Source: Craspedostauros australis
Taxonomy: Eukaryota
DNA length: 43,392 nucleotides
NCBI GenBank assembly: GCA_030167865.1
Contig: JALAGF010005615.1
Coordinates: forward strand, 1-43,392
Direction: 5' to 3'
Shown: positions 1-10,887 of the stretch, piece after piece
Position numbering within the stretch: position 1 is the first letter of the stretch
Layout of the letters: each line of letters starts with the position of its first letter
Made by a program: the position numbers and the translations under genes
The notes under the pieces: model-generated
The model's database searches: none
The model's input: the letters and a program-made list of their open reading frames with translations, nothing else
What the model was told of the DNA's origin: nothing

Positions 1-1423
1 TCAACATATACCATTCCACCAATGCCATCATAGCAACAGCGCTTCTATGGGTATGGGGGTGGCTTGCGAGGATCTGGGTCCTTCTGGAAGGAGTGCTGGC
101 ACCCAAATCTATGAATCTTGTGATACTGTGCGGTACGCATGGCGCTGTACTCTACTCCGCATATCTATGCATTCGGCAGGCCGTTTTGAGAGGTCCAACC
201 AACCTCACTACTCCAATCATGCTCCAGAGAGTACGGACATGAATTTTGAAGTCTTTGATCCATCAGGAACGGATCCAATTCTATGGATGCAGATATCACA
301 CAGTAGTGATTGGTACGCATCGCGCTGTACATTAATTTGGATGGTTGTACATAGGAACTGGCAATCGTATTCCAATCCAACGCTCCGACCACACCAATCA
401 TACGCCAAAGAGTATGAAATGAAGTTTGAAGTTCTTTATCCGTTTGGAAGGGATCGCAATCTATGGATGCTGATGTCACTCTGTACTGAACCGTCCGCGC
501 CATGCTGTATGGCGTTCTGAGAATACGTGCATATAAAATGCTGGCCATAGTGTAATCCAATGCTTGGATGACTCTGACCGCACTCCAATGGGTACGGCCA
601 TGAAGTTTGAAGTATTGGATCCATCTGGAAGCGATCCAAAGCTGGGGATAAGGATATCTGGTGACGCTGTTTGGGAGGGGGCTTTACGATGCGCATTGTG
701 CTGTGCAGCCTTCTGCGGATATATTCATTCGGCCGGCTGGCTTGAGAGATCCGACCAACCGCGTTGCGTCAAGTAGACTCCGAAGGCTGTGGCCATGGAG
801 GTTGAAGTCCCATATCCGTTTGGAAGGGGTCCATTTCTACGGATGCTGAAGTGGAGTGTCACTGAGCGGCGTCATGACATGTGGATCACCTGGGTGCATA
901 CCGATATGTCTTCCTGGAGGATTCATGGCTTCAAACCCCATGTCTGTGCTCTGTGGAATGCGTTCGGATTCACCAAAGTGTTGGAGTTGAATATGACCGC
1001 CAATGTCTATGCACATATTCTCAGAACGCTGTACAGCGTGACGCGTACTGTTCAGAACCGCGTGATATCAGCATCCATAGAATTGGATCCCTTCCTGATG
1101 GATCAAAGACTTCAAACTTCATGTCCTTACTCTTTCGAGTGTTCTTGGAGTGATGTGGCTGATCGGATCTCTCAAAATGGCCTGCCGAATGCATAGATAT
1201 GCAGAAGACTGTACAGCGCGATGCGCACCACACAGTATCACACGATTCACAGATTTGGATGCCAGCATCTCTTCCAGATGGANNNNNNNNNNNNNNNNNN
1301 NNNNNNNNNNNNNNNNNNNNNNNNNNNNNNNNTCTTCCAGATGGATTTAGATACCCACAAGCTAATAATATACCCATTGGAATGCTCTCCATGCTCTTAG
1401 CTTGTTAGAATGTAATATTTTTG
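1..1423. repeat. Foldback-like element or inverted satellite: long imperfect inverted arms made of ~180-bp tandem subrepeats; probably extends left of the window
   Basis: A conserved head (ATGAAGTTTGAAGT...GATCCATC.GGAAGGGATCCAATTCTATGGATGCTGATATCAC-like) occurs on + at 239, 419, 600 and 795 and on - at 941 and 1122. Region ~1-340 is the imperfect reverse complement of ~1020-1423. Orientation switches near 870. Confidence 0.85.
1283..1332. other. Assembly gap (50 N)
   Basis: N run, with the same 13-mer TCTTCCAGATGGA on both sides (1270-1282 and 1333-1345). Confidence 0.99.
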
Positions 1424-2342
1424 TCCTTTCCATTGAACGTGTCGTCAGAATACGATCCGCATCTCAAGGAATTGGAGCAAACAGATGGATGATGTACACA
1501 TCTACAACTAAGGTAGGCACTTATTCCTTTTACTAGATGCATTAAATTTTAATGGACTATTTGATTGCATTCTAGGGCGATTATGCTAAACATGTATGAT
1601 GTGGCTTATACTTTTCGTGTGTAGTGCAGGTAGTCTACATTTATACCTAAACTTGCGAGTCGATGTGAGATTTTGTGTCCACGGGACGTCGTATGGACAT
1701 TTGGACGTTTTGGGTCGCTAAGAAACACAAAACAGGCTGGTTGATGCAAATCGGCACTTCAAAAGGGCTGGTTAATGAATTTCCTCGTTCTTCTTCTGCT
1801 TCTTTCTTGTGTGACGTTGTCACTGATTGGTTGTTGTTCTTTGGTTTGTCTTAATTCGTGACTCAACTTCTAACACAGGATTCGACAAGGTCACAAATCT
1901 GCAACCAAGGTAGAACAGAGTTGAGCGAACGTCCTTTCATCCCAAACAAGCCAAGAAGGAACTTCACGACAGACCCACTCGTCGTGTACCAACCACCAAG
2001 AACCAAGAGAGAGACAACACCAAAGACCGACGAAGCAGAAGCTGAAGGCAGAAAGACGAAGGCAAGAAGATGAGGAATGACGAGCACGCTGAAGAATAGC
2101 GATCATCCAAACTGAGCATCCAGAAGTAGTGAGAATTCAGTAGTATCGTATTGACCAACCAAGAATCAACAAACAACAACCAAGAACACTCGAGGGCACT
2201 CTGCAGCAAGCAATCCCATTGAAATTCGCGCCAACAAACCTTGTTGTTGTACGAATACCAACACGCACAAGAGGTATAGTGGAGTAGAGCCTCCACTGTG
2301 CTACTATACATAGTACACTGCGCAGAACGTCGCAACGGCAGC

Positions 2343-3491
2343 ATGATGCAACGGCAACGGCCCAAGAAGTCGCAGAAAGGATGCAGCGTTGTGCTGAGCA
2401 TGCTACTGCCGACATTCTTCATCGTGACTTTCCAATACTTCACTTTCTCAGTGACGATGAAGTCGAGCGACTTGTTCTCATCGCTTGAGGGGCAGCAGCA
2501 GCAGCCAAGGGAGTCGGATGAGAGATGCGCCAATCCGAATATCCGATGGCGCATCGTCCTGACCGGCAATCTGGGATACGAGAACGACTTTCTGAATTGG
2601 TACTACCATTGCATCAAGGCGGGACTTTGTCCGGCCACGCCAGAACAACGGCGGCAACCGCATCAGCTGGGACCAAGAAGGCAAGCTGCAGGCACAAAAG
2701 AGGATGGCAATGGTGAATACAATGGTGACACCTCCAATGCCTGCCCTCCTTTGCGGCATGCCGAGGTCGTCCTGTATGCGGAGGATGTCCCGCTGTACGA
2801 AAAGTACCACACCTCGAGACTGATCGACGTCAAGAAAGCGTGGGAGGTTGGTTCCAAGTTCAACAACACCAAGATCACAGGCAACGGACGATTCACGTAT
2901 TCCGATCAAGCGCGATTCCGCCACATGATGAGCCGGCGTCCTTCCATCCTGCTGCTGGAGCTTGAGGATGCCGCGGGCACCACCACGCCCCATGACGATG
3001 CGACCTGGAACAGCGCAGACCCCATGTACGTGCTGTTCATGGATCTGGACACGATCATCGCGAAGGATCCTCGCCCGTACTTTACGGGTGAGTATGACTT
3101 CTGGGCTGCCGATGCCATGAACGACTGGTCGGGACCGTACAACGCCGGATTGCTGGCAATGCGACCGACTCCCGCCTCTGTGAGCTGCATTCAGAGATGG
3201 AGGACCTTCATGGAGAAGCAGGTCAAGGCCAAGTACAACCAGAAGACGTTCAACAACATCGTCCGGCGGATGAACGACACCATCACGCATCGGTTGTTGG
3301 ATAAGACAGAGTTCCCCGTCGGTAGGGTGCTCTTGGATCTCGATGAAGCTTCATTGAACGAAGGCACGCTGGGCAAGGATCTCGTCGTGCTGCACAACAA
3401 CTACTGTGGGACGGGATGCTCCAAACCGGATCGAGCGCGGAAGGTGGGGCTGTGGAAAGATGATCCTCCAATAGATTTCTTCCTTTCTTGA
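2343..3491 (+). CDS. Type II membrane nucleotide-diphospho-sugar transferase (GT77-like glycosyltransferase)
   Basis: Single-exon ORF from first ATG 2343. Short basic N-tail and TM helix (VVLSMLLPTFFIVTFQYF), DxD motif VLFMDLD...KDP, YNAGLL, NQKTFN, LDKTEFPVG, and C-terminal VVLHNNY...K..R.R..GLW, typical of this family. Confidence 0.8.
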   Translation: MMQRQRPKKSQKGCSVVLSMLLPTFFIVTFQYFTFSVTMKSSDLFSSLEGQQQQPRESDERCANPNIRWRIVLTGNLGYENDFLNWYYHCIKAGLCPATPEQRRQPHQLGPRRQAAGTKEDGNGEYNGDTSNACPPLRHAEVVLYAEDVPLYEKYHTSRLIDVKKAWEVGSKFNNTKITGNGRFTYSDQARFRHMMSRRPSILLLELEDAAGTTTPHDDATWNSADPMYVLFMDLDTIIAKDPRPYFTGEYDFWAADAMNDWSGPYNAGLLAMRPTPASVSCIQRWRTFMEKQVKAKYNQKTFNNIVRRMNDTITHRLLDKTEFPVGRVLLDLDEASLNEGTLGKDLVVLHNNYCGTGCSKPDRARKVGLWKDDPPIDFFLS

Positions 3492-3906
3492 CAGTAGTCG
3501 TGTAGCACGTATAATAAATGTTGTGGAGTATTCTATGCACGAACAGAGGTGTGTTGTCCCACTCCAATCTGATCTATTTTCAATCATGTCGATCTCCCAC
3601 CAGCACGGCGCAACACTCTTCAGTCTGGGAACAGTCAGGAGTGATCATCTTCAAGCATCTCCATGCGCATGCCTTTGCGTATCCATACTATCGCTTCACT
3701 TGCGTGTTGCAACTACTCATAGTCTACTCAACAGTGCCAATGAACCAACGAACAAGCAAACTAGAGTACGCAGAGTAATCCTTGAACAAAGATGTGTGGG
3801 TGTGTGTTTGTGTGAATCTGTAACTGTATCGAGCAGCGCAGTAACCCGAAATCTAGAAATTGTCACCAGAAGAGCGGCTTGCTTTTGTTCCAGCACTACT
3901 GTTTGT

Positions 3907-4524
3907 TTAACGGTAACGCTTGAGACGCTGGGTGTTGCGTCTGAGCCAGGCAGCACGGTAGGAACCTCCAATGGTACCATTGGCACGGTGTCCCTTCTTG
4001 CGGAGTCCGCGGCCCTTGCGTCCGGCGCTGGTGAGTCCACGGCACTCGCGGTGCTTGTGGACTGGGTTGACGATCCAGTTGATGCGTGGGTCGTTGCGGA
4101 TCTTCTCGTGGGAAGGATCGACCATGATGATCTCGTAGTACTTCATGGTGGAGTCCTGGTTGACCCAGTACGAGTTGAGCACGCGGAGGTTGGAGTAGCG
4201 GCGTCCCGCCTTCTCCTCGGCGACGGACTGGAGGTTGCGCTCGAACTTGAGGTGGTTGATACCCTGGTGCTTTGGCTTACCGAAGACCATACCACGGTGA
4301 TTCTGACGCTTGCGTCCTCCGCGGCGGACACCGGCACGGACGATGACGTATCCCTGCTTGGCCTTGTATCCGAGGCGGTGGGCCTTGGTGGTGCGGCATG
4401 GCTGGTTGCATGTCAGGATGTTTGGGCGCTGGCGGTACTCCCAGGCACGCACGCGCAGCAAAAAGCGCATGGCGTCACTCTGCTTGTGACGCCACATCTC
4501 TTCCATGTACTTGTAGGCTCCCAT
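3907..4524 (-). CDS. RPL15: 60S ribosomal protein L15 (eL15)
   Basis: [17 protein letters not shown]...[20 protein letters not shown]...[25 protein letters not shown]; 205 aa from ATG 4524. Confidence 0.98.
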   Translation of the reverse strand: MGAYKYMEEMWRHKQSDAMRFLLRVRAWEYRQRPNILTCNQPCRTTKAHRLGYKAKQGYVIVRAGVRRGGRKRQNHRGMVFGKPKHQGINHLKFERNLQSVAEEKAGRRYSNLRVLNSYWVNQDSTMKYYEIIMVDPSHEKIRNDPRINWIVNPVHKHRECRGLTSAGRKGRGLRKKGHRANGTIGGSYRAAWLRRNTQRLKRYR

Positions 4525-5393
4525 CTTGGCAGTGTTTTGTTTTGTTGTGTGTGTTCTGCTGTTGCGATTTGGGATGCGTGGTGGTGGCAGTTGGTAATGC
4601 GAATCGAGCAAGTTGGAAAACGGAGTGACGAAACGAGAGGTGAGAAGTCTGCCTACAAGTACAGAGGAAGCAGCGTTCAGGAGACATCAGGGGGACCCCA
4701 GTTTGCTGCATCCGCCGTGGTTGCTGCCTCCATCATCGTCGTGGTCATCGCTCTCGGTTGGTGATGGTGAAACTTACCCTCCGTAGGTTTGTGCTTGTTG
4801 GTGCGGAGGCGAGATTTCTTGGTTGGTGTTGGTTGTCGTTGTAGCTGTCGTTGTTGGTGGTGGACGCCTGATGTGCGCATTGCGCGGTGTTGTGCCACTT
4901 CGGCGGATACCACTTTTCGCCGTACTAATTCTTGTTTGATTCGTACGAGTCAAGTTCTTCATTTCAAAACAAAGCGGAAACAAGAGGGAGCTGAGGAGGA
5001 CAGCACCATCAACCGTGCAACGAGTGCAGCACCGACGTTACCACCATCACCACCACCAGCCCCTCGCTCCATGGCCAAGCAACCCTGATCAAGACGCCGC
5101 AAGCCAACGACAGACTACATCAACGAAATCTCGGGAAGTGAGTGCCAGGACGGCGTTTGGAGGACGCGATGGCGATCAAGATGGAGGCATCAAGGAAGCC
5201 GCAAGCATTCTCGTGTGGACATGCAACGCAACGTTGAAGCAACATCGAAATAAGCTTTATCTCACAGCATTCCGTTCCATCCCTTTCCTCTTGCTTTGAC
5301 CACGTGACTTGTCATCTCGCCATACCAACACGCAAACAAATAGCTTCTCGCACCAACTAGTACACACACATACGCAGACAATACAATTGAAAG

Positions 5394-5846
5394 ATGGTTG
5401 CCTGCTCCGACTCTCTCGTTTGGGAACTCACCAAGAAGAACTCTTGCTTCGTCAAGGCCAAGAATGGCAAGACGAAGCGATCAGGAAAGATCAGCTTCAG
5501 CTCAGAGCCAGGCAACATCACGTCCCTGAACCTGTTCAAGTACTCTTCCGTCGCCAACTCGAAGGCCGCCAACATCAGCTGCACAGATGACAACCGCGCC
5601 TCCCTGTTCGTCAAGACTGCGTCCAAGTGCCACACACAGCCCAAGAAGGCCAAGGCCACCATCCCAATGAACAAGGACTTCCGACGTGTCGAGAGCGCCA
5701 TCCGAAAGCACACCCAGGACAACTTCTACCGCCGTGATGTCGAGGCTGCCATCCTCGGAAAGTGGACCAAGGTGTACCAGGCCAACAGACGCGCCAAGGG
5801 CACCAAGCCAGTTGTTCCAACAAAGAAGGGACGCGGCAACAACTAA
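5394..5846 (+). CDS. RPL28: 60S ribosomal protein L28 (eL28)
   Basis: SDSLVWELTKKNSCF...FSSEPGNITSLNLFKYSSVAN...YRRD motifs; basic 150-aa protein. Confidence 0.93.
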   Translation: MVACSDSLVWELTKKNSCFVKAKNGKTKRSGKISFSSEPGNITSLNLFKYSSVANSKAANISCTDDNRASLFVKTASKCHTQPKKAKATIPMNKDFRRVESAIRKHTQDNFYRRDVEAAILGKWTKVYQANRRAKGTKPVVPTKKGRGNN

Positions 5847-6539
5847 ACGTTGATTTGCGAGCAAAGAAACAACCCCTCTAAAATGAAACAATCATAAACG
5901 CACCAACCGATACAACCCCCCACCAGCAGCGACTATTTTTCATTCCGTAAGCGGTTGCGATGGACTTCCTTTGTGTGCGCCGTTGCGGCATCCGAAGGGC
6001 ATGGAGTAGATGACTTCTCCTGGAGCGTGAACGTGTACTAATACGCAGCACGGTTACACACACCAGGTTGAAATTGAGCTTGCAAAAGCATGCTTCTCCA
6101 TTTCGATTCGGTCCTGAATACAAACCAGACAACTAGCTCCAGAGTGTTGGCCATCAACAGGCCAAGTGAAGGCAAGGATGACTATCGTCCCTGCCGCGTC
6201 TTCAGAATACAGAATCTCGTGGGATTATAGACGTTGATGTTGACTATGGTATCGATGATTGCTAACAGAATATTACTCAACAGAGTTCTGCTTGAATACT
6301 CCACTGTTGTCTGAGAACACCGGACCCCACGCCACACCATAGAATAGGATACAATGGCATCAAGCCGAAGCTTGAGCCAACATCATTGCGTTTTCGCATC
6401 ACATCGTGCAGACACTTTACCTTTTCACCCTGATTGGTACTACGTATAATGTATGTGTAACTACATCGACGAGAAATGATGGTTTTTGGATTGCCACCGT
6501 CTCATGTCACCAACATACGGGTGGAGAGTCCACAGGCCG

Positions 6540-9385
6540 CTAAGGGCCTCCTGCTGACTCGCTTGCATCTTCGTCCGCTGCGATGTCAGCAATGGTTGTG
6601 AAGATGCTCGGCCGCAACACCCTGTCATGCTGCGACAAGGTGGGGGTGGTGGCGGCGAAGACGGCAGCTGGCTTGTCATCTCTGGGACTGCCGAGCAAGC
6701 TCGTGGTTTCGGAGACTTGCTCGGGATCATCCTGCTTCGGCGCTTGAGCGTCATTGTCGCTGTGGGTGGATTCAATGTTGTCCAGACCGTCTACCTCTTG
6801 TGGGGTCTCCTTCTTGGGCAATCTGGTGGACAGCTGCTTCAGAATCCGTCTCGCTGCAACCTTGACCTCTGGGTTCCGTGTGTCCTGCGCCTGCTTCGAT
6901 ATGGCCGATGAAATTGCGTGTTCGATATCGTTCGTTTCGCTCATGACGCTGCCATCATCCGTGGAGTCCGTGTGAATGATGGTGGAGGCTGCCGTCGCAT
7001 CGTCGTCCTCGTCGGTTTCATCGGTGTCATCATTGTCGAGGTTGCCGTCATTATTGTCCACGTTGCTGTCATCGCGTTGCGTGATCTCCGCGTCATTGCT
7101 CTCCACATCCTCGCTCGTCTCTTCGGGGATAGATGATTTGGAGAGGTCGGTCTTGTTCTTACGCTTCTTCCCACCTCGGCGGCTGGATCGCATGACCAGC
7201 TTGAGGTCCGCCATGAAATCACCGAGAGCCAACGATTCGCTGAACTTGCCCTTGTTGAAGTCCGCTCTGTAGTTCGGCTCCCATTCCTCGACGGGGAAGC
7301 AGTAGAAGTGCGCAATGCTGAAGATAAGCATCTCCAAGCAGATGAGGAAGTTCTGTGACGATTTGGCCCACTGTTCGGTATCCGGACCTCCGACCTCCGT
7401 GGTCTCTGCAAGGATGGCGATCGCCAACCCCTGCCAGAAGGTCATGAAGACGACACCCTTGATGCAAAGGAACTTCGCGAATGGTCGGCACCTGTGGTTG
7501 CGGGTTCGAAGTGGGAACAATTGTTTGAAGCATGTATTAGTAGGTACGTGCGAGTACAGAGAGTGTGAGAGTTGGGAACGATCATATTTTGCGGGGCAGT
7601 TGCTCCAGCGTCTTCTGCAAAACATGACTGTGACCATGATGCTGTTCATTCCAGCAGCCGTCCACAACCCAAGCAATACCATAGTGGTATTGGTATTGGT
7701 ATACTTTGAATATCATCGTCAGCACTGCTGCACTTACCAAGAGAGATCCTTGTCCACGGCGTGATAGAACTTGAGCAGACCTGTGAAGGCGGTGAAGATG
7801 CTGATGTTCTGAATCATGGTAATGTACATCTGCGGGGCGCGGTAGTCGTTGGCTGATGTTGCGCCAAATGGCCCGTAGCAGTGGTACTTGTTGAGGAAGA
7901 CGGTGGCGATTGTCGTCAATGGTCGGAAGAAGACGAACTGTAGCGCAAAGAATTGGCATTGCAAGAGCACAGCGTCGGCAAGTTGGCGGTTGCTTTCAAA
8001 TGGCTTTTCCTTGCAGCAAAGGCCGCAAATTCGGAAAGGCGGAGAGAGATGATCCGCTCTTTGCGCCAACAGATCAACGACTACATCGCGATCGCCTTTG
8101 CCGAGCACGGCAATGCAGAACGACAAGAACTGCAAGGCGCACAGAGTGCAGGAGTATGCGAGGCGTGTCGTTGGAACAGCGTCATTGGCACAGCGGTGAA
8201 AGTGCCAGAGGCGACATGATGAATACAGAGAATGAGATGAGATGGTGGACACAAGGTAGAGAGCGCAAGGAAGGATGGGACTGTGAGCATGGTTGAATGG
8301 AAAATAAAGCAATGCGGTGCAGAGCAATGACATGCCATTGCATGACACGACTCGCGATAGAAAAATGAGACGGCCGCACATTTATGCATTCATCAATTCA
8401 TGGTGCGTCTTCAAGTTTGAGCAGCGAACTGGCCCATCATCAAGAGCGTCTCGACAAGGTCGTTGACGCCATTGCCAGGTTGTTGGTCTCGTTGTCCTCT
8501 CCGCGTGCGTCATGCGTTTGCGCAGTAGTCGACTATTGAGGAGAGCAATGCATTGCGCTCAAGAGGAGAGCAGACTGCTCGACAGTACTCCACTGCAGCG
8601 CATTGCAACTTGCTTTGCCGTACCTGATAGATGATGTATGCTTCGTAGGCATCCTTGATGATGGCCAGGTAACCTTCTGCCGAAGTGAAGACCAGACTGA
8701 ACCAGGACGTGATGGCGTAGATGGGTGACATCCACAGAATTGCAAGGATCTTGCGCTGGATCGCAGGCTGGCGGAACTTCCGCAAATGGCTGGACATGTG
8801 CCAACTGGAGATGAGGCAGCTGAGCAGCACGAGCGTCCCGGCGATCTGGTAGACCATGAAGGAGTTCTCCATGCTGAATTGCGCCTGCGTATCGACCATG
8901 TACTTCTGGAAATCAGTCTTGACGATGTCGACCTCGTGTGTGATCTCGCCTTCCGCCTTTTTGACTGTATCGTCGAGCTCCTTCATGGTGTTATTGAGTT
9001 TGGCGCCAACGGTATCCGTGAAGTCATGGATCTCGGTCTCCAGATCGCTCTGCGTCTTGTACAGGCTCTGCTCCAAGGCCTGCAGCTTCTGCAGGACGTC
9101 GGCATTGGATACGGACTCGTTGAATCTTTTAATGACTTTGGCCTGGGACTTCACGACTCCCTCCAGATCTGTGATCTTATTCTCTTCCGTCGTCAGCTGC
9201 ATGGAGAGGTTGACGATGCGTTGCTGGAACACAATCGCAACTGCGGAGATCGCCGCCAGGAGCATCACGATGATCACACGGTTGCAATTAATTGCCTTCT
9301 TCACGGCATCAATTCGATTCCGCACGGGGACTTGTCCGCTCTCGCTCCCTCCGATCAGCGGGGAGCATTCGCTGCTCGTCGCCAT
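6540..9385 (-). CDS. TMEM184/OST-alpha family multi-pass membrane protein with an extra N-terminal TM and coiled coil; exons 9385-8624, 8129-7738, 7491-6540
   Basis: Family motifs QRKILAILWMSPIYAITSWFSL, IKDAYEAYIIYQFLSF, LQFVFFRP, WCRPFAKFLCIKGVVFMTFWQG and QNFLICLEMLIFSIAHFYCF. Two GT-AG introns restore the frame. Long acidic C-tail. Confidence 0.88.
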
Positions 9386-10887
9386 CTTCAATCTGTTGCG
9401 ACCTTGTGCGGATCTGTGCCAACGCAACTGGAGAGTATCGGTACACTTGTGTGCAGAGATTGATGAAGATAGATGGGTGGATGAATGAATGGACGAAAGG
9501 ATGAATGGAGTAGATGCGATGTGGAGGCAAGGCTTCTTTGGGGCGCTCTGTGATGTCCTGTTGTTGATGTTGTTGCTGATGTTGTCCTCTCTCTTCGGCT
9601 CTGTGTCCTCACTCGTTCGCTTCGCTTTGTTTTTTTGGCTTTTCGCCGAACTTCGTTTTTGTGTGGACAGTCGTGCGTCCAAAACGCTGATGTCGCCCTC
9701 CTTGTCACCCAATTGCCGCCACAACGTCTTTTTCTGTTGCACGACTACGGCAATTTCACGATCCTCTAATTCAGTTCCGTGTTTGTTTCGTGGACTTGTT
9801 CTTCTCTCTTCGCGCTCGATTCGTTGCTTTTGCGCGTTGGATGGCTTTCTCCCGAGCGCGCGCATTGCCCATCTTCGTTACCAGTCCACCAGATGTCTCT
9901 TCGTCGTTAACGCTAAAAATAACGGTAAATCACAAAACGCGCGAATGACGAGACAGGAAGACAGAGCACGAATGAACCGGGCAAAGTGGGCAGATGTGCA
10001 CAAGAAGAGGGAGGACCACCAACGCATCTCTTTTTCGCCAAGTTTGTGTCGCACCTTCTGATTCCACTCAAATATTGTCGCACTAAATGTCGCATCGGAC
10101 GTCGCAAGAGTGACGTGATGGAAGCAAAAGGTGTTCGAAGTACCAAAGTGGTTCTCCTCCTATTTTGGCGTTCTTCCCTCTGCGGAAATGGAAGAATCGC
10201 GACTGGGCACTTTCTGGACTTTGGCCGCAGGACATACTGCAGACTGTACATATGATGTGTTATAAATCAAGTTGAATCACGTATTTTGGCGACTCAAGCA
10301 TCATTGGTTCATGCGCAAACGAAGGAAAACTTGTGTTTTGTGGTGGGAACGTGAGCAAGTATTGCCTCTCCGCGTCACCGCCCTTGTGCGCAACAACGGC
10401 TCTCTCTGGCGCTTCCCTGTTGTCCGTGGTGACCATCGGTTCCTCCCTTCCTTTGCCGTTCGTTGCTTGCCCAAACGTCGAGTTGACGAGCCGCAAACCC
10501 TAACAAAGCTGAAACGGAGCATCGCCAACATCACAAAGCGACAGCTTGTTGCTACTCGTAGTCATACATCCCAGACGTACACATACAAATTTGTACATCG
10601 AGTAGAGCACACAGCAGACAGCAGAGTGCAGACAGCAGAGTGCACCAACTTCACAAACGCAGCACAAGTTCAGCACTCACAACCGCTGACACAACCGCAT
10701 CATTCAATCCTGCTCGGTGGAGTTCTAAACTGCTCAACTCTCTCTCTCTCTCTCTCTCTCCAGGGAGAGTGAACATTGGTCTGCTCCGCACCACTCCCCT
10801 CAATACATATTGTACGATACATACGTACTTCATTCTTCATTTCATTTCATTCCTATTAGATCTCACACCTCACGGTCGACAGCAATC

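Noticed and set aside
239..860. CRISPR-like repeat-spacer array
   Set aside because: The intervening segments are ~120 bp and homologous to one another, the heads are degenerate, there are no cas genes, and the context is eukaryotic.
47..1196. ORFs with a repeating MxFEVxDPSGxDP peptide read as a repeat protein
   Set aside because: Differences between units are largely non-synonymous, stops and frameshifts intervene, and the same peptide appears on the opposite strand in the inverted arm. This fits noncoding repeat DNA with a period near a multiple of three.
1858..2300. Purine-rich short ORF region upstream of the glycosyltransferase
   Set aside because: No ATG-initiated convincing ORF, no recognisable domain and no element ends. 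A decayed repeat cannot be excluded, but nothing supports one.
3523..4764. 413-aa plus-strand ORF, and similar long ORFs such as 2478-3290, 8786-9463, 23235-23906 and 29918-30850
   Set aside because: These are antisense shadows of real genes with biased codon usage and carry no recognisable motifs.
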